Positions 8,446 through 16,940 of a DNA stretch of 64,000 nucleotides are shown here, piece by piece (positions within the stretch are counted from its first letter, which is position 1; every line of letters begins with the position of its first letter). Under the pieces are notes generated by a model. The model ran no database searches and had not been told where the DNA came from. It saw only the letters and a list, made by a program, of their open reading frames with translations. The position numbers and the translations under genes are program-made. The stretch comes from Escherichia phage A51.2, in sequence record ON286973. One strand, written 5' to 3'.

Positions 8446-9577
8446 AGAATATCCACTTATTGAGTCCATAGATTGTCTGGCTGATCTTCTTGAACCTGAC
8501 GCTATAGTTTATTATGACTTCGATCAGGTTGCATATCAAGCTGCAGCAAGTTGTGAAAAAAGGACAATTGAGGTAACACACAAAGCCTCCGGACGTAAGA
8601 AGATGTTTAAAACACGAACAGAGTTCTGGGGGCGGCAGAAGAACACCGTTGGTGGTTGGTTAAAAGCTGAGAATACCAACCGTGAAGCTGCATGTAAAAA
8701 GGCTGGCAAGGAGTTTATTCCGTGGACACGAGAAGATTTCGATGTCTTGGATATCCAAACCCCTGATCCTGTAGAGAACTGCTTGCACACAATTAAGTGT
8801 AAAGCTAATGCAGTCCTTAATTATCTCGGTATTCCGGAAGATCGGTGCGTGGGGGTACTTGGAGGCACAGGTAATTTCAGACTAGATCTTCCCATGCCGG
8901 AAAGATATAAAGCCAACCGTAACAATACTCTTCGACCACTGCTGCTTGGAGATGCAAGACAGTATCTCCAAAAGCAGTATAATGCTCAAGTGATCAACGG
9001 TATCGAGGCTGACGACTGGTTAGCTATCCAGCAATTTGAAGGTTGGAACCACTACCAAAAAACAGGTAAGTTCAACAAGTTTATTATCTCTATTGATAAG
9101 GACCAAAGAACACTACCGGGGCTTGTGTTCGATCCCATGCGAAACGATAAGGGAGATTTTGTAAGAGAAACCCCTATGCTGATCGATAACGGTATGGGGA
9201 ACATCTTCATGAAGCCTAATGGAGAGGTTGGTGGTTACGGAATGCTGTTCTTCGGATACCAAATGCTGTGTGGTGACTCTGCTGACAACATCAAGCCGTA
9301 TCAGGGACTTATCGGTAAGGGTAAGTTCGGAGATGCCTCAGCATTCTACCTACTGTCTCAGTGCAGCACTCCAAAGGAGATGTGGATGGCTATTATTGAT
9401 CAGTACAAGAAGTGGTTCCCGAAAGGTGTTGTTAAGTATACTGACTTCAATGATATTGATCGTAGAATTTCCGTAGGTCAATGGATGAGTATAATTTTTG
9501 ACTGTTTGTATATGAAGCGAACATTCAATGATCAAACAAAACTTGTTAACGTTCTTAGAAATGTTGGAGCAATTTGA
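8438..9577 (+). CDS. 5'-3' exonuclease / flap endonuclease (T4 RNase H-like)
   Basis: YKANRNN, INGIEADDWLA and ISIDKDQRTL/LCGDSADNIKP parallel the T4 RNase H motifs YKKNRG, YEADD, SSDGDF, KGDKKDN. Confidence 0.7.
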   Translation: MSREYPLIESIDCLADLLEPDAIVYYDFDQVAYQAAASCEKRTIEVTHKASGRKKMFKTRTEFWGRQKNTVGGWLKAENTNREAACKKAGKEFIPWTREDFDVLDIQTPDPVENCLHTIKCKANAVLNYLGIPEDRCVGVLGGTGNFRLDLPMPERYKANRNNTLRPLLLGDARQYLQKQYNAQVINGIEADDWLAIQQFEGWNHYQKTGKFNKFIISIDKDQRTLPGLVFDPMRNDKGDFVRETPMLIDNGMGNIFMKPNGEVGGYGMLFFGYQMLCGDSADNIKPYQGLIGKGKFGDASAFYLLSQCSTPKEMWMAIIDQYKKWFPKGVVKYTDFNDIDRRISVGQWMSIIFDCLYMKRTFNDQTKLVNVLRNVGAI

Positions 9578-9909
9578 TGACTAAAAATTCTGTAGATAAC
9601 GCAATTATGGAAGCTGTTTTTGAGGATGATCACACAACAGGGACACTTAAAACAAAAAATACATTCGTTGTTGCCACAGGTATGTGGCGGTTGTATGAAG
9701 ATGACACCATTTCATACATCCTGTACACGGATGATTACGCAGATGACCGTGTATGGTCTGCTGTTTTAAAAGAGGATTGTGAGCTGATTGAGGGCGAGCG
9801 GTTATGCATGTTCACCAGTGTGGAAACAGATGTTAAGCTTTGCTCTCTCGTATTGTTCAAAGATAAGGCTTATGCTCCTGATGAAGGAGAGGAGGATGAG
9901 GAAGCATGA
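9574..9909 (+). CDS. Hypothetical acidic protein
   Basis: ORF with acidic C-terminal tail. Confidence 0.4.
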   Translation: MMTKNSVDNAIMEAVFEDDHTTGTLKTKNTFVVATGMWRLYEDDTISYILYTDDYADDRVWSAVLKEDCELIEGERLCMFTSVETDVKLCSLVLFKDKAYAPDEGEEDEEA

Positions 9910-10535
9910 GAGAGCGTCTATTATCCATAGACCAGTCGTTGACACACACAGCTTGCGTTGTATGGGACGATGGAAAGCCTGTTCATAAGGTTGTGTTACG
10001 AACTCAAAGCTCATCTGCAAAAGAGAAGAAACCAGGGACGGTTTCTTTTGCAACAGCTGCTGAGCGTATTGACTGGATCTGCAAACAGGTCAGATATTAT
10101 ATCCACACGCACGGCGTTGACACCGTAGTTATGGAAGGGCTTTCCTTTGGATCACGCGGGGATGCCACACGTGAACTGGCTGGGTTGTTTTACGGTCTTG
10201 AAGTTATGCTTTGGGATGCCTTAGCTGATTGTGAAAATGACGGCCTGTTTAAGGTCCACACAGTGACACCAACAACTGTCAAAAAGTTTGCTCGTAGTCA
10301 TCTTCCTGAGGAACTTGCTTTCGAGGAGAAGAAAAAGCTTGACAAAAAGACAGGTAAAGAGCATACTGTGAAGAAACCTGTTACGATGGATAAAAAGTTG
10401 ATGGTTAAGGCCTGCGAAGTATCTGAACCTGGGTTCCTAGATGGGGTCAATTTGGTACAAGGTAAGGCCGATCTCGCAGATGCTTATTGGATAGGCAGGG
10501 CGCATCTGGAGGGATTATCGCAAAGCGTAAAATAA
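9906..10535 (+). CDS. Hypothetical protein, possibly RuvC-like nuclease fold
   Basis: Weak resemblance only (LSIDQSLTHTACVVWD ... MEGLSF); speculative. Confidence 0.3.
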   Translation: MRERLLSIDQSLTHTACVVWDDGKPVHKVVLRTQSSSAKEKKPGTVSFATAAERIDWICKQVRYYIHTHGVDTVVMEGLSFGSRGDATRELAGLFYGLEVMLWDALADCENDGLFKVHTVTPTTVKKFARSHLPEELAFEEKKKLDKKTGKEHTVKKPVTMDKKLMVKACEVSEPGFLDGVNLVQGKADLADAYWIGRAHLEGLSQSVK

Positions 10536-11092
10536 GAAAGAAAGCTGTCAAAGCCCCCGTTCATAACGGGTGGTTAAAAGATTCTAAGGACATAGCCAAC
10601 TTTCGAAAAGAATTGTCAGAGGAGCAGGATGGTCTTGATCCGATCTTGTGCGAGCCACTTCGTAAGCCTTGTTTGGATCATGACCATCTGACTGGTCGTT
10701 GCAGGGGTGTTTTGTCACAATGCACTAATACCTTTGAGGGGTATGTGCTTAAATACTGGATGAAATACTGTAACGAGTATACAGATTGCAGTTTATCAGA
10801 GGCGTTGCGCCGGATGGCTGACTATCTGGAGAAAGACTACAGCGACTTCCCGCTCCACAAAAACTACAGAGATGATATGACAAAGTTCTTGAGGAGATGC
10901 TCTAAAGCTACGGTTATTGCACGAGCAGAATCAGATCTCAATCTTGTCATTAATCCAGAGTGCACCAAGCATGAGGCTATTGAGTCCTACATGCAGGAGT
11001 TTATAAAGAAAACTGAGGAGAGAGACTTCTATGAGGATGAAAAAGGTATTCAATCCTTGCGACTCAGTCCTGATCAGGATGAAATACCGTAA
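10487..11092 (+). CDS. Endonuclease VII-like junction resolvase (T4 gp49-like)
   Basis: CEPLRKPCLDHDHLTGRCRGVLSQCTN matches the endo VII zinc/catalytic core; non-ATG start and 49-nt overlap with the upstream ORF leave the true start uncertain. Confidence 0.55.
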   Translation: MDRQGASGGIIAKRKIRKKAVKAPVHNGWLKDSKDIANFRKELSEEQDGLDPILCEPLRKPCLDHDHLTGRCRGVLSQCTNTFEGYVLKYWMKYCNEYTDCSLSEALRRMADYLEKDYSDFPLHKNYRDDMTKFLRRCSKATVIARAESDLNLVINPECTKHEAIESYMQEFIKKTEERDFYEDEKGIQSLRLSPDQDEIP

Positions 11093-11252
11093 CTGGAAAG
11101 GTGTTGTTGCAGATCGCTGCGTTACTGAGCCTAATTTATGGTTTGGATCTACAGAGTATCATAAAGAAGAGCAGTGGTTGATGCGTGCCTTCGATGTAGA
11201 CAAGGGCGAATATCGTGACTTCGCTTTAAAAGACATTCTTCAGTTTTACTAA
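11031..11252 (+). CDS. Hypothetical protein
   Basis: 73-aa ORF overlapping the endo VII-like 3' end in another frame; coding status uncertain. Confidence 0.25.
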   Translation: MRMKKVFNPCDSVLIRMKYRNWKGVVADRCVTEPNLWFGSTEYHKEEQWLMRAFDVDKGEYRDFALKDILQFY

Positions 11253-11264
11253 GGAATCTTGACG

Positions 11265-12248
11265 ATGATGACAAAGTTAACTCTTGAGCAAATTTTAACA
11301 CTAAAGCAGCAGGGATACACTAATAGACAAATTGCTCGTGAATTTTTAGGCCGTGAGTCACGTGAGAGCTGGATCCGACTACAGCTTAAACGTGCACAAG
11401 AGAATATGTCAGAGATTGTAGGAGAAGCAACGGAGCGCTTCCTTGAAGAACACAAAGGTGCTAAAGTTTGGGTGTATGATACAGAGACATCACCAACAAA
11501 CGGCTGGTTCTTTGGGCACTATAAGACCAACATTCAAACCTGCGGTATTGAAATTATGCCCTATATGCTAACTTTCGCAGGTAAGTGGTTAGACAGTCCT
11601 AGTGTGGTTGACTGCGCTCTTCCCGATTACAAAATGTGGGATGAGGATATTCACAATGACCTCGAATTGATTCAGGACTTGTGGTATTATCTGGATAAAT
11701 GTGATGTCGCAGTAGCCCACAATTCAGGTTTTGACTGTGGGTGGGCAAACCAACGATTTGCATTTCACGGGTTGCCGCCAACAAGCCCATACAAAGAGGT
11801 TGACACCCTTAAAATGATCAAGAAGGCATTCCGTTTGAATGCAAACACTTTGGAGTATGCATGCAAATACTTCCAACTTGCCCGACAGAAACTGATTGAC
11901 CACACATTTGAAATGTGGATCAAGTGTGTTCATGGTGATCTTGAGGCGTTTAAACAGATGCGGGAGTACAATGTTGGTGATATCCTATCTCTGGAAGGCC
12001 TGTATTTGCTGGCACGCCCGTTTGCTAAGCAGCACCCCAACATGTCATTGTACTACCAGGATGAGGAGCCAAAAGTTCGTTGCCCACGCTGTGGTGGAGA
12101 ACACCTTCACGAGGAAGAAGCTTTGGCGTATACTCAACTGAGTGCATTTAAAACATATCGCTGCGAAGGTTGTGGATCTGTTGTTCGTGACCGTAACAAC
12201 ATCCGTACCAGAGAAGAAATGAAAAACACCCTGATTCAGATAATCTAA
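11265..12248 (+). CDS. DnaQ-like 3'-5' exonuclease with N-terminal HTH and C-terminal zinc ribbon (putative)
   Basis: VWVYDTETSP (Exo I), HNSGFDCGW (Exo II), YNVGD (Exo III), CPRCGG ... CEGCG; start refined to ATG 11265 after AAGGAA. Confidence 0.5.
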   Translation: MMTKLTLEQILTLKQQGYTNRQIAREFLGRESRESWIRLQLKRAQENMSEIVGEATERFLEEHKGAKVWVYDTETSPTNGWFFGHYKTNIQTCGIEIMPYMLTFAGKWLDSPSVVDCALPDYKMWDEDIHNDLELIQDLWYYLDKCDVAVAHNSGFDCGWANQRFAFHGLPPTSPYKEVDTLKMIKKAFRLNANTLEYACKYFQLARQKLIDHTFEMWIKCVHGDLEAFKQMREYNVGDILSLEGLYLLARPFAKQHPNMSLYYQDEEPKVRCPRCGGEHLHEEEALAYTQLSAFKTYRCEGCGSVVRDRNNIRTREEMKNTLIQII

Positions 12249-12257
12249 TCAAGTATA

Positions 12258-12285
12258 GGGAGGCTTGCGCCTCCCTTTTCCTTTT
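12258..12285 (+). terminator. Intrinsic terminator GGGAGGC-TTGC-GCCTCCC followed by TTTTCCTTTT
   Basis: Read directly after the stop at 12248; overlaps the annotated ATG of the next ORF. Confidence 0.6.
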
Positions 12286-13113
12286 GGAGGCACTTTGAGC
12301 AAGAAAGAGTCCAACGACAAATATTACACAAACCCTGAGTATGCAGAATATCTTGTTGGTAAAGTAAAAGATAAGTATGGAAATTGTGCATACGTTGAGC
12401 CTTCTGCTGGAAGGGGTTCTTTTTCAAAACTATTTTCAGAGATACTGTCTTACGATCTGGTACCAGATCCTGAATTTGAAGGACCAACACCGTGCATTCA
12501 GGCAAACTTCTTGGAGGTGCATCCCAAGGCAGATGTCTTCATAGGTAACCCACCATTTGGCAAGAATTCATCTTTAGCTTGCAAATTCTTTAACCATTGT
12601 GCATCATTGCTAGAGCTTGGAGGGGCTATAGCCTTCATCTTGCCACGGACATTTGAAAAAATATTTTTTGCAAACAAACTGGACATGTCTATGCACCTTG
12701 TCTACAGTGAAAGGTGCCCTAAGAACTCGTTTCTACTTAATGGCAAACCTTATGACGTGCCATGTGTTTTCCAAATTTGGGAGAAAAAGGCGTGCAACAG
12801 GGATCCTGTAGAGATTGGAGAGAATAAGTTATTTTCTTTTAGCACACCAGATGACTACGACTTCTGTGTAAGACGTGTTGGGTATAATGCTGGAAAAGTA
12901 TTGGGGGATGATGACCCAAAATCTGAAGAATCAACATATTTCATAAAATCTTTAGTTGACGGTGTTGACAGAGTGTTTGCTGAATGCTATTCTTCTTTTC
13001 AAGAAGAAGCAGGTAAGACTGCTGGAATGAAGAGTATAGGTAAGAAAGAACTACAATACATTTTGGAGACCAGGTATGATCAAAAGCATAGACTTGACCA
13101 AAGAACTTACTGA
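12265..13113 (+). CDS. DNA N6-adenine methyltransferase (putative)
   Basis: IGNPPFG catalytic motif and EPSAGRGSF SAM-binding motif; the ATG at 12265 lies inside the terminator hairpin, so an in-frame TTG at 12295 after GGAGG is an alternative start. Confidence 0.65.
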   Translation: MRLPFPFGGTLSKKESNDKYYTNPEYAEYLVGKVKDKYGNCAYVEPSAGRGSFSKLFSEILSYDLVPDPEFEGPTPCIQANFLEVHPKADVFIGNPPFGKNSSLACKFFNHCASLLELGGAIAFILPRTFEKIFFANKLDMSMHLVYSERCPKNSFLLNGKPYDVPCVFQIWEKKACNRDPVEIGENKLFSFSTPDDYDFCVRRVGYNAGKVLGDDDPKSEESTYFIKSLVDGVDRVFAECYSSFQEEAGKTAGMKSIGKKELQYILETRYDQKHRLDQRTY

Positions 13114-13534
13114 TGCAAAAGCTTTTGGTGAGACAGCGGTACAAAGGGGGCAGGCGATGGGACTGGCACTACCTTTCGTATTAAAAGAGCACTTTACAGA
13201 TTTTCAACTTATCAAGGGTGATAAGGGAATGCTTATCCTGGAGCATAAGTTGAGTAAGAAACGCTATAAAGTTGTTTTTAATTCTAAAGCTCCAACAAAA
13301 CTGGGATTCAGAACTTACAATCTTAACCCATCCTACACTAAGGGTGTTGGAAGGGTAGAACAACAGCATTTCAGTGCCAGAGCTTCTTTAGCCCCTTTGA
13401 TGCTAAATTTCTCAGGGGTGGCTTTAGGATACCTTGATAAGAAAAGAGTTCTTCATGTCCGTTTCACAGACTTTGTAACGCTTCTAGCCAACAACGAGGT
13501 TGATGAAAAGGGACGTGTAAAAACAAACTTCTAA
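13076..13534 (+). CDS. Hypothetical protein
   Basis: 152-aa ORF. Confidence 0.4.
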   Translation: MIKSIDLTKELTDAKAFGETAVQRGQAMGLALPFVLKEHFTDFQLIKGDKGMLILEHKLSKKRYKVVFNSKAPTKLGFRTYNLNPSYTKGVGRVEQQHFSARASLAPLMLNFSGVALGYLDKKRVLHVRFTDFVTLLANNEVDEKGRVKTNF

Positions 13535-13561
13535 TAACGCATAGTATGATTGGAGAACGCA

Positions 13562-13753
13562 ATGACACTAAAGTTAACAATTCCAGACAGCTTTTCAGAA
13601 GACTTTATCCCAGAAATGATGGATAAGATGCGATCATTGCTTGATCAGATCGAGGAAGCTGTTTGGGAAGACGATGCTGTAGTGGCTAACGAGCTGGTAG
13701 ATAAGTGTAAAAGTATTATTGATGCAGTTGAAGAATACCACGGAGGTTTTTGA
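13562..13753 (+). CDS. Hypothetical small acidic protein
   Basis: ORF; start refined to ATG 13562 after GGAGAA. Confidence 0.4.
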   Translation: MTLKLTIPDSFSEDFIPEMMDKMRSLLDQIEEAVWEDDAVVANELVDKCKSIIDAVEEYHGGF

Positions 13754-14367
13754 TGGATATTATTGTTCTTAACGCCCCACCCAGCAGTGGTAAGGATCAC
13801 ATTGCAGATCTCTTGTTGGAAGCTATTCCTAACTCACACCACCGTGAGGTTAAGGAGATGCTCTTCAGTGTGGCAATTAAGGCAGCTGGTGTAACTCCTC
13901 AACTCTGGAATGCACTTTATGACCGCCACTACAAAGAAGAGCCTTGCCCTTTCTTAATGATAGACGGTAAGCATGTTTCTCCGCGAGAATGGATGATCCA
14001 TTGTAGTGAAAATCTGATTAAACCTATCTTTGGTGAAGATGCTTTCGGTAAAGCCGCAGTCGCATCTTTGAAGAAAGATTTCCCTAAAGGTAAAGGGGTT
14101 GTTGTTTACTCCGATGGTGGATTCAAAGAGGAGCTGGCATGCCTTAGCGAGTACGCGTACAGCACAGGTGGAGATCTGTTGTTGTTCCGTATTCACCGTG
14201 TCGGATATGACTGGGGAAATGATTCCAGAACCTATCTAAGTCTGGAAAAGAACGGAATAAAAGGAATTGAGTTCGATGTTGTAAACCCTGAAGGTGCACC
14301 TTGGGAATGTGCATCGGAGATTGTGTGCAAGTATATTGATGCTAAAGAGGCCCAAGAAGAATGTTAA
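13750..14367 (+). CDS. Deoxynucleoside monophosphate kinase-like protein (T4 gp1-like)
   Basis: P-loop variant PPSSGKD near the N-terminus as in T4 dNMP kinase (RSGKD). Confidence 0.5.
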   Translation: MMDIIVLNAPPSSGKDHIADLLLEAIPNSHHREVKEMLFSVAIKAAGVTPQLWNALYDRHYKEEPCPFLMIDGKHVSPREWMIHCSENLIKPIFGEDAFGKAAVASLKKDFPKGKGVVVYSDGGFKEELACLSEYAYSTGGDLLLFRIHRVGYDWGNDSRTYLSLEKNGIKGIEFDVVNPEGAPWECASEIVCKYIDAKEAQEEC

Positions 14368-14954
14368 TCGGTATTGATGTAGATTTGACACTGGTAGATT
14401 CAGGAACAGCATGGTGGGAGTGGTTGGAGCGTTTATATGGTCCAGCCAGTAAGACAGTCACTAAACCCTCTAATGGGTTAATGTATTACGATCTGTCAAA
14501 GTATTGGCCTGATCGCCCCAAAGAAAACATCATAGGGCCTTTTGATTTCTGGAGTGACCCGTTCCTCTACGACTTTCTTAAGCCTGAAGATGGGGCTATT
14601 GAGGTTATGAAAGATTTGGTGGCTCGTGGTCACAAGCTTGCATTTATCTCGGTATGCAAGAAAGGTCACCTTGCATCTAAATCAAGGTTCTTAAAGCGTT
14701 GGACTAGTGATTTTATGGATCTGGACGATCACACCCAGGGTCACGGCTTCTACGCCACGCATTTCAAGGGAAATGTGGCTGTAGATGTTATAATTGACGA
14801 CAGGCATGAATACCTGAACCAATTCGCTTCACGCCCTGAAGTTATTAAAATCCTAAAAGATACGCCTTATGAGCAATTTGAGGAGTTAAAGGTCAGTGTT
14901 GACTATACCGCTAATAGCTGGTATAAAATAGGAAAGTTTTTAGAAGGTATTTGA
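14361..14954 (+). CDS. HAD-superfamily hydrolase, putative 5'(3')-deoxyribonucleotidase
   Basis: N-terminal HAD motif I IGIDVDLTLVD (D-x-D-x-T). Confidence 0.5.
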   Translation: MLIGIDVDLTLVDSGTAWWEWLERLYGPASKTVTKPSNGLMYYDLSKYWPDRPKENIIGPFDFWSDPFLYDFLKPEDGAIEVMKDLVARGHKLAFISVCKKGHLASKSRFLKRWTSDFMDLDDHTQGHGFYATHFKGNVAVDVIIDDRHEYLNQFASRPEVIKILKDTPYEQFEELKVSVDYTANSWYKIGKFLEGI

Positions 14955-14955
14955 A

Positions 14956-15156
14956 ATGGGCAGATGTTCTAAAGGTGGCGATCCTGTAGTCAGATACGGT
15001 GACTGGCTAGAGGTGTATGATCTGGGAGGTAAGCTGGTGTATGCCTCCAGGATCACCCAAGACATGTGCTCCGATATGTTCAACAGATACCTTGCATTTA
15101 AGGCCAACATAAACCCAGACGAAATTTCCAAAATTAAAACAAGGAGAGCTAAATAA
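14956..15156 (+). CDS. Hypothetical protein
   Basis: 66-aa ORF. Confidence 0.35.
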   Translation: MGRCSKGGDPVVRYGDWLEVYDLGGKLVYASRITQDMCSDMFNRYLAFKANINPDEISKIKTRRAK

Positions 15157-16139
15157 TGCTAAAACTGTGCACTGCAAAGATCATTGCTGACAGCATTTCC
15201 GAGAAAGGTAAGCGCATCACCACTTTTGAGCTAGAGTATCCTCGAATTATTCACTCAGAGCTTATGACGCACCGAGTGTTCAGCCGAAACGCCATGTCTT
15301 CCCGTGCAGTGCCTGTCGGAAAGATGCTGCAACAGATTGTGGAGAATCCGGCAATGCCAGTTCGCTTCGGTGTAAATAAGCGAGGAATGGAAGATGGTGG
15401 GGAACACGATCAAAAGATCCGTGTAGAGTACACTGATATGGAGCTAACTCCGGAAGAGTTTTGGAAAGAAGCTGCAAAAAACGCCGCTTGGCATGCAGAG
15501 AAGTTTGCCCTTGCTGGTTACCATAAGCAAGTATGTAACCGCTTAGTGGAGCCTTTTCAGCGCATGAAAACAGTTGTAACAAGCACCGAGTGGAATAATT
15601 TTTTCCACCTCCGTTGCTGGCACGATGCGGATCCTACGATTCAGATGTTAGCTAATTGTATGTGGGAGGCTCTTGTGAATAGCACTCCTGAAATCCTTAA
15701 ACCGGGTCAATGGCACACTCCATATGTAGAGCACGTTTATTTGGACGGGGAGTTTAACTACGCTGTACGTGACACAGAAGGAAAGCTCTGCATTCTCGAT
15801 ACTAAAGAAGCTCTGTCTATCAGTGCTAGTTGCTGTGCACAAGTATCTTATCGAAATATTGACAGCACGTTTGAAAAGGCAGACAGTGTGGCTAAAAAAT
15901 TGATTGGTGGGGATCGTATTCATGCAAGCCCTTACGAGCACCAGGCAACACCTATGGATCACGATAACGCAATGGAACGTTTAAACTACTACCTGTCTTC
16001 ATGTGAAATCACACAAGACATCAGTACTTGGCAGGAAGGTGTAACCCATCAAGACCGTGATGGTAAATTCTGGTCTGCCAACTTTTGTGGGTGGGTTCAG
16101 CACAGACAACTGCTTAATAACCACTTCGTGAAAGGTTAA
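15156..16139 (+). CDS. thyX: Flavin-dependent thymidylate synthase ThyX-like
   Basis: HRVFSRNAMSSRA resembles the ThyX signature RHRxxxxxxxSxR. Confidence 0.6.
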   Translation: MLKLCTAKIIADSISEKGKRITTFELEYPRIIHSELMTHRVFSRNAMSSRAVPVGKMLQQIVENPAMPVRFGVNKRGMEDGGEHDQKIRVEYTDMELTPEEFWKEAAKNAAWHAEKFALAGYHKQVCNRLVEPFQRMKTVVTSTEWNNFFHLRCWHDADPTIQMLANCMWEALVNSTPEILKPGQWHTPYVEHVYLDGEFNYAVRDTEGKLCILDTKEALSISASCCAQVSYRNIDSTFEKADSVAKKLIGGDRIHASPYEHQATPMDHDNAMERLNYYLSSCEITQDISTWQEGVTHQDRDGKFWSANFCGWVQHRQLLNNHFVKG

Positions 16140-16168
16140 TCCTATCACAGCGATAGGTAACTTTTGTG

Positions 16169-16197
16169 TTGACTAATAGTATTAGATAATCTATAAT
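16169..16197 (+). promoter_or_regulatory. Strong sigma70-like promoter, TTGACT-17bp-TATAAT
   Basis: Read directly; followed by hairpin GGCTCAC-TTTGTTG-GTGAGCC at 16202-16222. Confidence 0.6.
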
Positions 16198-16237
16198 AAT
16201 GGCTCACTTTGTTGGTGAGCCAGAAATGGAGACAGAT

Positions 16238-16699
16238 ATGAGTAATGTTATGATTCCTAAAAAGACATTTATTTCAGTTACTTTGGATTTCCTATCTACC
16301 GTTCCCGGGTTTAACGTTCGCACACGAAACGGTCTCCGAGCTGCACTCTTTGCCGTAGGGTTTGATTTAAAAAGTATTGATGTTCTTCGTGGAAAAAACG
16401 TTCGATGCAAAAATAAGCCAACACATTATCGAAAGGCAGATGTATTTGCTGGTGTCATGCGTGCAGACTTTAGATACCCGCAAATGTATAACGGTGTAGA
16501 TATTTTAGATGTGGATAAAGCACCTGGTGAGGCAATGCTTGTTCAAGATCTTCCGTATGATATTCCTGTAGAGGATCGTGTTAATGTAAGAAAGTATACA
16601 AAACAATCTGAAAAGGCTGAAGATATTCATATTGTTGATGAACCTTTCAATTTTGAAGATCTGCATCGCCTGGAAAAATTATTCGGTATTGAAAGCTAA
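16238..16699 (+). CDS. Hypothetical protein
   Basis: ORF; start refined to ATG 16238 after GGAGA, because the ATG at 16199 abuts the -10 box. Confidence 0.45.
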   Translation: MSNVMIPKKTFISVTLDFLSTVPGFNVRTRNGLRAALFAVGFDLKSIDVLRGKNVRCKNKPTHYRKADVFAGVMRADFRYPQMYNGVDILDVDKAPGEAMLVQDLPYDIPVEDRVNVRKYTKQSEKAEDIHIVDEPFNFEDLHRLEKLFGIES

Positions 16700-16709
16700 G
16701 GTGGTGAAG

Positions 16710-16940
16710 ATGAGTCATAACTCCAAGTGGAAGGATCTTGGTTTTGCAAGTCGGTCAGAGTATGTTGGTTGGCTTTGGTTCAACGGCCTGACAAACGATA
16801 TTAAAATGTATGATGATGTTTATTATGACGAGTATACAGGCAAAATTATAAATATCTCTGTAGAAGAGGATACCTTTATCCAGCAAGATACTGATACCTG
16901 CCTTGATAAATACGTTGATGAAGTGGAGGAAGCAAATTGA
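16710..16940 (+). CDS. Hypothetical small acidic protein
   Basis: ORF; start refined to ATG 16710 after AAGGTGGTGA. Confidence 0.4.
   Translation: MSHNSKWKDLGFASRSEYVGWLWFNGLTNDIKMYDDVYYDEYTGKIINISVEEDTFIQQDTDTCLDKYVDEVEEAN

Noticed and set aside
16199-16237. ATG at 16199 as start of ORF 16199..16699
   Set aside because: It sits directly after the -10 box of a near-consensus promoter with no leader or RBS; the in-frame ATG at 16238 with GGAGA is more plausible.
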